A stretch of 64,000 nt of DNA. Source: Octopus sinensis (Eukaryota). A program made the position numbers and the translations under genes. The notes under the pieces are model-generated. The model did no database searches. It was not told the DNA's origin and saw only the letters and a program-made list of their open reading frames with translations. Shown here piece after piece: positions 52,563-64,000 of the stretch. Every line of letters starts with the position of its first letter. Positions within the stretch are counted from its first letter, which is position 1. The stretch is taken from the NCBI RefSeq assembly GCF_006345805.1, contig NC_043003.1:15066001-15130000 (forward strand). The letters run 5' to 3'.

Positions 52563-55450
52563 ATGCATCGTCTTCAAGATTCCTAAATTTCAAATTCAAA
52601 TTTCGAATCCCACCAAATATTATGAATAAATTATTATCTCCCTTGTGCGAACTACGAGATCGGAGATTCCGAGTGAATATGAAGAAACTTAAAATGAAAA
52701 AAGAAGCAGCAAAGAAAAATGATTCATCTTCATACATTCATCGTGTGTACGTGTATAATGTGTGCGTGTTCACGCGCGTTTCCGTCCACCAAATCCACAA
52801 GGATCTGGTCCACCCGAAGCAACGCTGGATTAACCATTAAGCAAAACAAGCACGTGCTTAGGGCACCAAGGGGAGCGGGGTTACCATAGAAATGGTAAAT
52901 AGGCGGCGAGCTGGCAGAAACGTTAGCACGCCGTTACGTTCTGAGTTCAAATTCCGCCGAGGTCGACTTTACCTTTCATCCTTTCGGGGTCGATTAAATA
53001 AGTACCAGTTACGCACTGGGGTCGATGAATCGACTTAATCCGGTTGTCTGTCCTTGTCTGTCCCCTTTATGTGTAGCCCCTTGTGGGCAGTAAAGAAATA
53101 AGAGTTGTTAAATAGTTTACGGCACAAAAGGAATCCCTTTAAACTTGCTAAAATAATGTTCGAAGTGGTTTATATAATCGCAAATATAATTTCGAAGTGT
53201 TCATGACATCATGGTGAAGATCTGATCAAAGACTTTGCTATTAAAAAATGCAGGAGAAAACTTTTCAAATATAATTAAAGTGGAAACGTACAAAAATAAA
53301 TATTATTTTCCATAAGATGGAAGAACTTACTATTTTATCGACCCCGAAAAATATGAAAGGCGAAGTCGACTTCGGCGGAATTTGAACTCAGAACGTAAAG
53401 AGAAACGAAATGCCTTAATTAGTATTATAAATATTATGATTTAAGTAAATATATATTTCTTTACTACCCACAAGGGGCTAAACACAGAAAGGACAAACAA
53501 GGACAGACAAACGGATTAAGCTGATTACATCGACCCCGAAAGGATGAAAGGCAAAGTCGACTTCGGCGGAATTTGAACTCAGAACGTAAAGAGAAACGAA
53601 ATGCCTTAATTAGTATTATAAATATTATGATTTAAGTAAATATAGTGTAACCGTTTGATCTGAGGAATTAAGATATTGTACACAAGATAATGGTTTCGAA
53701 TCCCTGGTCGTATGATGTATTGTAATCTGGAGCAATAATGAAGTGGAAACTTACAAAAATAAACACAATTTTCCATCCTACTCTCAATTTTGTTTCATTT
53801 TGAAAAACGAAAGTTTGTTTTATAATTTATTATGGTTTATATTTTGAATTCCATATATATGGTAGGGGCGGCACCAAAATCTTTTAAGCGCTTGGGGCCT
53901 CTGTTGGTTTAAATCCAGTCTTGGCCTGAGGCTACAGTAGAAGACACTTGCCCAAAGTGCCACGCAGTGGGACTGAACCCACAACTATATAGTTGGGAAA
54001 CAAAGTTCTTACCACACAGCAACATGTAAAAACAACAGAAAACCTTTACGGCCGAATTAATTTGCATAAATTAAACAAAAAAAATTAGTTAAGGGAAATA
54101 ATTCGGTGTGGAAAGCAATTCTACTCCATTCATAATTCTTGTAAATAAAATCAGTTAGACATATTATAAGGTAAGATGATTTAAGGCGGCGAGCTGGCAG
54201 AAACGCTAGCACGCCGGGCGAAATGCTTAGAGGTATTTCGTCTGCCGTTACGGTCTGAGTTCAAATTCTGCCGAGTCGACTTTGCCTTTCATCCTTTCGG
54301 GGTCGATTAAATAAGTACCAGTTACGCACTGGGGTCGATTAGATCAACTTAATCCGTTCGTCTGTCCTTGTTTGTCCTCTCTGTGTTTAGCCCCTTGTGG
54401 GTAGTAAAGAAATAGGTTTTAATTTTGCAACACTTTAACATTTAAACTGGCTAGATCAGGCCTGTCATACCTACCCTACAATGTCATTCCAAAATCAAAC
54501 AATCACATCTTCTGAAGTCTCAAAGTTACAAGAGAATGCAAGGTTACGTCAAGACAATGGGAATAAATAAGTATTAAATTTTTTAGCTGGTCTCTCACAC
54601 CTACCCTACAAGGTCATTCTAAAAATAAACAATTGCACTTAATTCGTTTGTCTGTCCTTGTTTGTCCCCTCTGTGTAGGTAAGACGATTTTACACACCAA
54701 CAGACCTAGATTCTTTGTGATACAACCCGACTTAGTCGGAGATTCCCCCCTTTTCAAGCGTTTGTAAATGGATAAGATAATGGTATAACTTGATTTGAAC
54801 TCAAAAAAGGGCAAATAAAATTACAAGTCGCAGGAGTGGCTGTGTGGTAAGTAGCATGCTTACCAACCACATGGTTCCGGGTTCAGTCCCACTGTATGGC
54901 ACCTTGGGTAAGTGTCTTCTACTATAGCCTCGGGCCGACCTTGGATTAAGACCGATAGAGGCCCAGGCGCTTAAAAGATTTTGGTGCCCCTTGTGAGTGG
55001 ATTTGGTAGACGGAAACTGAAAGAAGCCCGTCGTATTTATGTATATATATGTGTGTGTGTGTGTGTGTGTTTGTCCCCCAACATCGCTTGACAACTGATG
55101 CTGGTGTGTTTATGTCCCCGTAACTTAGCGGTTCAACAAGAGACCGATAGAATAAGTACTAGGCTTACAAAGAATAAGTCCTGGGGTCGATTTGCTCGAC
55201 TAAAGGTGGTGCACCAGCATGGCCGCAGTCAAATTACTGAAACAAGTAAAAGAGTAAAAGAGAGTAAAAAAGTAAGTCGGCTTCATAGAAACCGAAACGT
55301 TTTATCTTCCCGAATATTTAGAGGCTAAATTATTAGGGAAATGAATAAATACCGAATTAGTAGGTTATTGCGACAGCGTTTGTGATGCTGTTGCTGCTGC
55401 TGCAGTCTTCTTCTTCTTCTTCTTCTTCTTCTTCTTCTTCTTCTTCTTCC

Positions 55451-55689
55451 TGTTATATAATCATCACAACAAACATGAACAATCAACGTCGCCCATTGTC
55501 TCCCTTGATAAAAGGACTTTCACTTTGTTTCCCGCCAAAAACAATTAACTTGTACAACAACGGCAGTCGAATAAAGTATCTTGTATCGTTAACACGTTGT
55601 TTCAGTCTCTCTCATTTTCTTAATCTTTCATACTAAGTACTCACTACTTCCTTTAATACTCAATACATTATATATATATAACAACAACA
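55451..55689 (+). repeat. 5' LTR
   Basis: Direct repeat of 59661-59899; TG...CA ends; AATAAA at about 55560. Confidence 0.97.
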
Positions 55690-55700
55690 TGGTGTCAGAA
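55690..55700 (+). promoter_or_regulatory. Primer-binding site, probably tRNA-Leu
   Basis: TGGTGTCAGAA abuts the 5' LTR. Its complement TTCTGACACCA matches the 3' end of eukaryotic tRNA-Leu as I recall it; this PBS type is common in Mag-clade elements. Confidence 0.75.
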
Positions 55701-55767
55701 TACTAAAAGAACCCAAAATACAGAAACCAAAGGAAAAAAGAAGTTGAAATCATACTTCAAAGACGAA

Positions 55768-57879
55768 ATGGAAAATTTACCGCATCCAAAAGACCTAGAC
55801 TTTAATCAGGAAAATCTAGCCGCAGCATGGAAAAAGTGGAAAAAAGAATTCAATCTCTTTTTGATAGCAACAGAAAGTGACATGAAGCCAGACAAAGTAA
55901 AAACTTCAATGTTTTTAACTTGCATCGGTTCTAAAGGCCGAGATATCCATTCCACACTGGATTTCGATTCACCCGACGAAGAAATGAACCTTCAGACAGT
56001 AATCGAAAAATTCGATGCATATTGTGAACCCAGGAAAAACATAACTTTCCTAAGACACAAATTCTTCACATGTGGACAAGCGGAACATCAAAAATTCGAT
56101 GAGTACGTAGTAGAGTTGCGCCAAAAGACACAACAGTGCGAATTCGGCAACCTCACAGACAGTCTCACCAAAGATATTCTGATATGTGGAATCAGAGACA
56201 TGAGATTAAGAGAAAGATTATTGAGAGAACCAAATTTAGACCTACAAAAAACAATTCAAGCAGGTCAGAGTGCAGAGCAAACACGACTCCAATCAAGGAT
56301 ACTAAATGCCACATCCGAAACAAGAGATTACGAAATCTCGAGGGTATATAGTCAACACGACAGAAAAGGCGCCAAAACTCAAATAACCCGCCATATGCAA
56401 TCCAGACATCAAAACGAACAAGGCGGAAGTGACAGAAAGCCCGCGAAGTTTCAAGCGCCAAGTCAACACTACGTCACTAACTGTCACTATTGTGGTTATA
56501 ATCACAAAAGAAATAAATGCCCAGCATTTCACAAGACATGTGAAAAATGCAAGAAACAAGGACACTATGCAAAAATGTGCAAATCAAGAAAATTTGTACA
56601 TAAAGTAGAGATACATACCGACGATGAATCAGATGACGATGAACTAAAAGTGAACAACTCGAATGTAACATTCAAAATAGATACAGGAGCAGACGTAACC
56701 GTACTGCCATTCAGAGAATATAGAAATATAATTCCAAAACCACAACTGCAAAAAACTTCAACTCGATTATCAGCTTATAATAACACAGCTATAAAAGTGC
56801 TAGGAAAATGCACAGCAGTCATTAAATACAAAGAATTATCAAAGCAAATAAAATTCATTGTTGCAAAAACAAACTCGCACGCAGTTATAGATGCAAAGAC
56901 AGCCAAAGATCTGAACCTGATTCAGAGAATTTCAAAAATAAATTCGTCGAACACAAACGACATATTAGAAAAATATGAAGACTGTTTCGGAGAAATCGGC
57001 ACTTTGTCAATAACACATCATAGCACAGTGGATCCACAAATAACTCCTGTAATTCATCCACCAAGATCGGTTCCTTTTTCTATAAAAGAAAAACTCAACA
57101 AAGAATTAAAAAGAATGACAGAATTAGATATCATAAAACCTGTTAGTGAACCTACAGACTGGGTAAATTCCCTAGTCATCGTTGAAAAAGCCAACGGAAA
57201 ACTCCGACTCTGTTTAGACCCCAAGAATCTAAACAAAGCCATAAAAAGGCAACATTTCAAACTCCCTATAGCGGAGGACATTTTTGCACAAATGCATAAC
57301 CCTAAATATTTTTCAAAACTCGATGCATCTAATGGATACTGGCAAATTCCAGTTGACGAAGAAAGCTCCCATCTTTTAACGTTCAACACACCTTTTGGAA
57401 GGTATCGCTTCATACGACTACCCTTTGGAATTCACAGCGCTAGTGAAGTTTTCCAAAAAGAAATTTCAAAAATAATAGAGGGCATAGAAGGAGCAAGAAA
57501 TTCACAGGATGACATCATAATCTGGTCCAACACTTTAGAAGAACACACAAATAGACTACAACAAGTTTTCGATCGAATCCGAAAGCACGGATTAAAGTTA
57601 AATAAATCAAAGTGTATCTTCTATGAATCACAAATCAAGTACCTTGGGCATATATTAACCAGCGAAGGGATAAAACAAGATCCAACCAAGGTACAAGCAA
57701 TCATTCACATGCCACTGCCAACAAGTAAAAAAGAATTACAAAGATTCCTAGGTATGACAAATTACCTATGTAAATTTTTATCTAATTACTCCGAAGTCAC
57801 AGCACCATTGCGCCAGCTTCTACAGAGTGACACGTTATGGTCATTCGACAAACCACAAATCGAAGCAATAAAAAGCTAA
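55768..57879 (+). CDS. Gag-Pol polyprotein N-terminal part (Gag, zinc knuckles, aspartic protease, RT)
   Basis: ATG at 55768 (the track starts at TTG 55744). Gag AAAWKKWKKEFNLFL; CHYCGYNH..C and CEKCKKQGHYAKMC knuckles; protease FKIDTGADVTV; RT LRLCLDPKNLNKAI, SKLDASNGYWQIP, RLPFGI, SQDDII. The ORF ends at a frameshift. Confidence 0.93.
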   Translation: MENLPHPKDLDFNQENLAAAWKKWKKEFNLFLIATESDMKPDKVKTSMFLTCIGSKGRDIHSTLDFDSPDEEMNLQTVIEKFDAYCEPRKNITFLRHKFFTCGQAEHQKFDEYVVELRQKTQQCEFGNLTDSLTKDILICGIRDMRLRERLLREPNLDLQKTIQAGQSAEQTRLQSRILNATSETRDYEISRVYSQHDRKGAKTQITRHMQSRHQNEQGGSDRKPAKFQAPSQHYVTNCHYCGYNHKRNKCPAFHKTCEKCKKQGHYAKMCKSRKFVHKVEIHTDDESDDDELKVNNSNVTFKIDTGADVTVLPFREYRNIIPKPQLQKTSTRLSAYNNTAIKVLGKCTAVIKYKELSKQIKFIVAKTNSHAVIDAKTAKDLNLIQRISKINSSNTNDILEKYEDCFGEIGTLSITHHSTVDPQITPVIHPPRSVPFSIKEKLNKELKRMTELDIIKPVSEPTDWVNSLVIVEKANGKLRLCLDPKNLNKAIKRQHFKLPIAEDIFAQMHNPKYFSKLDASNGYWQIPVDEESSHLLTFNTPFGRYRFIRLPFGIHSASEVFQKEISKIIEGIEGARNSQDDIIIWSNTLEEHTNRLQQVFDRIRKHGLKLNKSKCIFYESQIKYLGHILTSEGIKQDPTKVQAIIHMPLPTSKKELQRFLGMTNYLCKFLSNYSEVTAPLRQLLQSDTLWSFDKPQIEAIKS

Positions 57880-59600
57880 AAGAAATGATTACCAGAAAAC
57901 CAGTGCTACAATTTTATGATCCAGATCTACCAATAAAAATAACTACAGATGCTAGTAAGCATGGGCTCGGAGCGATACTTGAGCAGAAACACAACGAAAG
58001 ATGGCTACCTGTTTCGTTTGCATCTCGTGCAACAACTCAAGCGGAACAAAACTACTGTCCGATAGAGAGCGAAGCTCTCAGTATAGTTTTCGCATGCAAG
58101 AAATTTCATCAGTTTATATACGGAACTCATTCAGAATCGAAAATGACCATAAACCGTTGAAGCAAATATTCAAAAAATCGATCACTAAATGCCCCCCCAG
58201 AATCCAAAGATTTCTACTAACATTACAAAGATATGATTTTGACCTAAACCACATACCTGGTAAAGAATCAATTGTTGCAGATACCCTATCACGTGCATAC
58301 CTTGAGCAAAATACTCCAGATAGTCCAGACGAAGATATGAAATCGCACATTCATGCAGTAATAAAAAATTACCCCATAACCGACACTAAATTAAAAGAGT
58401 ATAAAGAAGCCACTGCAGACGACCCGTCTCTACAGACACTCGTCACATATACAAGAACAGAATGGCCCCCAAAAGACAAAATACCAATAAACATCAAACC
58501 ATTCGTATCCGTTCGTGATGAAATATCAATCGTCAATGGTCTCGTTCTAAAAGGTTCAAGAATAATTGTACCTAAGTCATTACGTAGAGAAGCTCTACAG
58601 GAAATACATACCGGACACATGGGTATCGAAAAATGCATAGAGAGAGCGAAGGAATGTATATACTGGCCCGGCATTAACGCTCAAATCAAAGACATGATTA
58701 ACACATGCTCATACTGCATTGACTACAAAAATCAACAAGCAGCCGAACCACTAATAAATCATGAAATACCTACTACACCATGAACCAAAGTGGGTACAGA
58801 CGTTTTTCACCTGTCTGGAAATTCGTATGTCACAATTATTGACTATACAACAAGATTTTTTGATCTACACGAAATAAATGATTGCCAGTCAAAAACCGTA
58901 ATCAAAAAATTAAAAGAAACTTTTGCTAAATTCGGAATTCCGCAAACAGTTGTAAGTGACAACGGTCCAGAATTCAATTCGGCTGAATTCAAAATATTTG
59001 CAAAAAATTGGCATTTTCATCACACGAAGACAAGCCCGCATTATCATCAAGCGAATGGCATGGTTGAGAGAAATATACAGACAATAAAAAAGACGCAAAA
59101 AGGCATTCAAAAGTGGCGAAGAACCTCAGTTAGCGCTCTTAGCATTACGCACGACGACTAAATTACAAAATGGTGCACCATCCCCTGCAAATCAAATAAT
59201 GAATAGAACATTGCGAACAAATCTCCCAAACATATTACACGACAAAATTGGTATCAGGCCTCACGAAAAGAAGAAATCAAACATTACAACAGAACTCCCA
59301 GAGTTAAAACCACACGACACGGTTAGAATTAAGTTTAACAACAATTGGTTTAGAAGGGGCAAAATAATTAAAAAACTAGAGCAACCTCGTTCATACTTAG
59401 TAATAACAGAGGAAGGAAATACAGTCAAACGAAATAGACAACATATTCTTAAAACAACGAACACGTTCGCATAACAGAAGAATTAGATTATGAAAATATA
59501 TTTCCAAAGTCAACAAACACGCATGAAAAAAAAAAACAGCACAACTACAGAATTCAACACTACAAAATAATAAAACCACAAAAAGTGGACGACGAATAAT
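57837..59600 (+). pseudogene. Pol C-terminal part (RNase H, integrase), frameshifted
   Basis: RNase H TDASKHGLGAILEQ, NYCPIESEAL, NDHKPL; integrase HTGHMGIEKC..C..C, GTDVF, SDNGPEF, NGMVER. Lesions: frameshifts at about 57872, 58130 and 59097, and TGA at 58781 where a Trp is expected. Confidence 0.92.
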
Positions 59601-59660
59601 TATTCCCTGTAGATACAGATGATAAAAAAAAAATTAAAAAAAAAAAAAAAAAAAGGAAGA

Positions 59661-59899
59661 TGTTATATAATCATCACAACAAACATGAACAATCAACGTC
59701 GCCCATTGTCTCCCTTGATAAAAGGACTTTCACTTTGTTTCCCGCCAAAAACAATTAACTTGTACAACAACGGCAGTCGAATAAAGTATCTTGTATCGTT
59801 AACACGTTGTTTCAGTCTCTCTCATTTTCTTAATCTTTCATACTAAGTACTCACTACTTCCTTTAATACTCAATACATTATATATATATAACAACAACA
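59661..59899 (+). repeat. 3' LTR
   Basis: Identical to the 5' LTR; preceded by the PPT and followed by the TSD CTTCC. Confidence 0.97.
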
Positions 59900-61537
59900 C
59901 TTCCAATCAGGACTCACGCCATTAGCCACAATGAATAATCTCTAATTCGAGCCTACTCTAAGCCACTAAGAGTGCGTGCGGCAACTTGAAGATCCACCCA
60001 CCACACGCGATAGACTGGCGGTTGCACGGGTGCAAAAGCTACGTTGTTATCCTCATTCCATATACGGTGGCTATTAACGGGTGGAGAGCTGAACCATTCT
60101 GGAGTACAGAGGATTCGCAATCTAGACTAACGTCTGAAAGTTTACCATACCATAGTGGGTTACACTATGGTTTCTCTGCTTTGTAGCAGAAGTAGGAAGA
60201 AAGAGTGAGAGAAAATTGTGGTGAAAGAGTACAGTTCACCACCCACCCACCCCCGCCGGAGCCTCTTGGAGCTTAGGTGTTATTGCTCAATAAACACTCA
60301 CAATGCCCGATCTGGGAATCGAAACCGCATTCTTACGACCGCGAGTCCGCTGCCCTAACAACGAGCCGTTGCGCCTCCACTGTTGCTGTTGAACGAAGCG
60401 ATCTTTGTCCCATTAGTGGGAGAAGTCCGAAACGTGGTCCTTTGCTATTCGTAAGACCTGCAGAAGAGAAAGCAGGTCAACCCCCGACACCGAGAGCATC
60501 GACGGATGGATGAATGTGCATCCAGGCGCAGCGGTTGCGGAGGAAGTTAGGGACAAGAAACAGGAAGGAAGAGTGAGAGAAAGTGGGAGCGAAAGAGTAC
60601 AACAGGGGTCGCCACCACCCCCTGCCGGAGCCTCGTGGAGCTTCAGGTACTTTCGCTCAATAAACACACACAACACCCGGTCTGGGAATCGAAACCGCGA
60701 TCCTCCGACTGCGAGTCCGCTGCCCAAATCACTGGCCCATTGCGCCTCCACTGCTGTTGTTTTGCTTCTAGTTCACTCCGAGTAAGCCATAAAAGTCGAT
60801 TTTTATGTCGTTTTTCTTTTTATCTTTTAGTATATCTTGGTGCTATTCATCCAATGTGCCTTTCATTTATTTTCTGTTTCGTTTTAGTCGCTAAGCTGTG
60901 TGATTTCATGCAATTTGGTTGGTATTTCTAGCGAGCAGCATACAAAAGCCTGCATGAAGACCCTTCATGTAAGGGACGTAACTCTATACAATTATTCTGT
61001 TGTGTCCGGGGAGACTCATTCTCTTTTAGTGCCTTATAATTTAACACACACACACCGGTAAAATTTCCACTAATTTCCTTACTATTTTACATGTCTCAGT
61101 CGTTTGACTGCGGCCATGCTGGATCACCACCTTTAGTCGAAGAAATCGACCCCAGGACTTATTCTTTGTAAGCCTAGTACTTATTCTATCGGTCCCCAGC
61201 ATCGGTTGTCAAGTGATGTTGGGGGACAAACACAGACACACAAAGATACACACACACATACATCCATCACCCTCTTGTACTGTCTTATATTCCTCCCCAC
61301 CACTACACACTCAATAACACTATAAAATAGTCAAAACTTTTTACACAGGAACTTAGTTCGATTTGAAAACCCCACTAGAATGGGAGAAAGCGCTAATACA
61401 TGATTTAAGTTATATGATGTATAAAAACATGTAATATACAAATAAATATCTGTAAATATAAAACCATCCGAATTTCTGAGTACCTCATTTCTTCTAATAT
61501 AAAATACCTGTACATCATCTTCAAACCTTCCAATATA

Positions 61538-63155
61538 TAAACTTAGATAAACTTAGATATGTTTCGACCAAAGATTGGTCCAGGCCATGTCTAACTTAAT
61601 AGCACCACCTGATAGGATTATTCGAATCCTGTTTAAGTCAAGTTTTGTTCAAGTAGTGAGTTCTTGTTGGGTGAGTTGTATCCAATTATGGGTGGTTTAT
61701 CTGGTATTCTTTGAAGGAATCTATCCAGACTCTGTTTAAAGTTGATGGGATCCTTTTCCTCTTTGATCTCTCTCGGGACAATGTTAAATAGGGCAGGGCC
61801 TGTTGAGGAAAAGAAATTATGTTGCAGTGTACATGTATGTTGTGATCTTGAATTGGGCAGGGGACGTATAGCCCGTGGTCCAAGTCTTGGATGAACCTTG
61901 AAGCTAATGTTTAGGTCGTTTGGGCAAAGTTTGCGGTATATTTTCCACATCGTACAAATGATGTACCGCTCACGGCGACGCTGGAGGGAGTAAAGTTTCA
62001 AGGCTTTAAGGCGATCCCAATAATCGAGAGCAGCCATGCCTTCAATGCGTTTAGTGAGTGCCCTCTGGGGTGACTCAATTCTGGAGATGTTTTGTCTTGT
62101 GTGAGGAGACCACAGTGGGCAGCAGTATTCAAGGTGTGGCCGTACAAAGGAGGAAAAAGTGGTATGATGACACCTTGTTCTCTGGACCAGAAAGTTCTTA
62201 AGATCCAGGAACTCATCCTACGAGCTATATCGACCTTCTTGTTGATGTATGCACTCCAACTGAGATCGTCATCAACAATTACACCCAGGTCTCTGATATT
62301 GTTAGAGGCTGTGAGCGGTTCCTCTGAAGGAAGAGAGTATGGCTGTTTTAGTGAGGAGTTTCTTCCAAAATGCATCAGCTCAAATTTTCCCTCGTTCAGT
62401 TGCATTTTGTTTCTGTCTGCCCATTGACTCACAGCATATAGATCAGACTGGAGTTGAGTTCGGTCTGCTTCTTCATTGACGATTTGCTGGAGCTTGGTGT
62501 CATCAGCAAATATTTTCACTTTGCAGTAATGTACGACACTGGAAAGGTCGTTTATGTAGATTATGAAGAGTAGCGGACCCAAGACAGTCCCCTGGGGGAC
62601 ACCGCTGGTGATTTTTGCTGGGCTTGAGTGGACTCCATCAACTACAACATGTTGTGTTCTATTCGCCAGGAAATACTTGATCCAGTGTAGAACTTTTCCA
62701 CGGATTCCAACATTTGCCAATTTTGAGAGTAGGATATTATGGTCTACCCTGTCGAACGCTTTACTGAAGTCAAGATATATAACATCAGAGTTCGAACCTG
62801 TTCCCAAGGCTTTGAGTACATCTTCAATGCGGTGTAAGAGCTGTGTTAGACAGTCCCTGCCACAGCGAAAGCCATGCTGATTTGCATTTAGGAGTTTCTG
62901 GGTCTCCAGGAAGTCAGCCATCTTTGATCTTAACACTCTTTCAAACACTTTGATGATGTGGGAGGTGAGTGAGATTGGGCGATAGTTGAGTGCGAGGGAT
63001 CTGTTTCCCTGTTTGAAAACCGGGATGACTGACTGGGATAGAAACTGTTTTGGTATATAACCTGCATCTAATGAATTTCTCCAGACGTTGGTCAGAGGGA
63101 CTGCAAGTTGGTGTCTACATTCCTTCAGGAGACTAGCGGGGAATCTATCAGGGCC
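61538..63155 (-). mobile_element. 5'-truncated CR1/L2-group LINE (RT and 3' end)
   Basis: Frame open from 63155 (GPDRFPASLLKEC, NYRPISLTS) through QHGFR, YLDFSKAFDRVDH, GVPQGTVLGPLLF, FADDTK. One frameshift near 62150, then LYSLQRRRERY to a stop at 61633. Short TCTAAGTTTA tandem tail at the 3' end. Confidence 0.92.
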
Positions 63156-63459
63156 TACATATATATACGACGGGCTTCTTTCAGTTTCCGTCTATCAAAT
63201 CCACTCACAAGGCTTTGGTCGGCCCGAGGCTATTGTAGAAGACACTTGCCCAAGATGCCACGCAGTGGGACTGAACCCAGAACTATGTGGTTGGTAAGCA
63301 AGCTACTTACCACACAGCCACTCCTTGATTTTTTAAAATAATGTTACTTCCTTAAATATATAAATATTTCTCCAAAAATGATTTTACTTTATAACGATAA
63401 TGGAAACTGAATTTTATTTAAAATAGTATTCTCCACAATACCATTATTTCTACACCAGT

Positions 63460-63923
63460 AACGATTGCAGAAACGATAGCACGCCGGGCGAAATGCTTAG
63501 CGGTATTTCGCCTGCCGCTACGTTCTGAGTTCAAATTCCGCCGAGGTCGACTGTGCCTTTCATCCTTTCGGGGTCGATTAAATAAGTACCAGTTACGCAC
63601 TGGGGTCTATATAATCGACTTAATCCGTTTGTCTGTCCTTGTTTGTCCTCTCTGTTTAGCCCCTTGTGGGTAGTAAAGAAATAGGTATTTTGTCTGCCGT
63701 CCCCTCTGTGTTTAACCTCTTGTGGGTAGTAAAGTAATAGGTATTTCGTCTGTCTTTACGTTCTGAGTTCAAATTCTGCGGAGGTCGACTTTGCTTTTCA
63801 TCCTTTCGGAGTCGATGAATTAAGTACCAGTTGCATACTGGTATCGATCTAATCGACTGGTATCGATCTAATCGACTGGCCTCCTTACCCAAAATTTCGA
63901 GCCTTGTGCCAAGAGTAGAAAAG
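63460..63923 (+). mobile_element. SINE A multimer
   Basis: A full unit plus two partial units (the last with an alternative tail), within one 17-bp TSD ATTATTTCTACACCAGT at 63443-63459 and 63924-63940. Confidence 0.8.
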
Positions 63924-64000
63924 ATTATTTCTACACCAGTGATAATAATAATAATAATAATAATCTTTTCTACTCTAGCCACAAGGCCCGAAATTTTGGG

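Larger units (their letters stand above)
55451..59899 (+). mobile_element. Ty3/Gypsy LTR retrotransposon, Mag-type, structurally complete, pol disrupted
   Basis: TGT...ACA LTRs at 55451-55689 and 59661-59899 (239 bp each, identical on base-by-base reading). 5-bp TSD CTTCC at 55446-55450 and 59900-59904. PBS TGGTGTCAGAA at 55690-55700. Purine tract ending AAAAGGAAGA just before 59661. Domain order gag-PR-RT-RH-IN. Confidence 0.97.

Noticed and set aside
61560-63325. SINE B-CR1 template-switch chimera (SINE head abutting the LINE 5' truncation)
   Set aside because: No shared TSD visible, and SINE B copies ending at their (TA)n are common, so adjacency is unremarkable.

Overview
Repeat-saturated, AT-rich animal genomic DNA, most likely an octopus or other coleoid cephalopod. 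That assignment is my inference from recognising the SINE and microsatellite landscape; no search was run. No host protein-coding gene can be supported, and nearly all ORF-track entries are microsatellite or SINE artefacts. Transposon content: (1) a 4449-bp Ty3/Gypsy Mag-type LTR retrotransposon (55451-59899) with two identical 239-bp LTRs, a CTTCC TSD, a tRNA-Leu-type PBS and a PPT, but a broken pol; (2) a full-length decayed Chapaev3 DNA transposon (47715-49921, TAA TSD); (3) a full-length decayed maT/DD37D-type and an internally deleted Tc1/mariner; (4) a 5'-truncated CR1-group LINE; (5) five HERO-type RLE-LINE 3' fragments, all on the minus strand; (6) PiggyBac-, Mutator-, mariner-, foldback- and Helitron-type non-autonomous elements; (7) at least four tRNA-derived SINE families in many nested copies. 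The most interesting signal is a recurrent set of minimal type I hammerhead-ribozyme motifs (CUGANGA...GAAA) in several unrelated short repeats. One of these is a tRNA-headed (Pol III) SINE with a hammerhead in its tail (7301-7650), paired with an inverted tail copy in a Penelope-like arrangement. Other highlights: a ~125-bp-arm near-perfect palindrome, a pre-miRNA-like hairpin, a ~550-bp inverted duplication, and SINE multimers bounded by single TSDs. All alignments and folds were done by eye.
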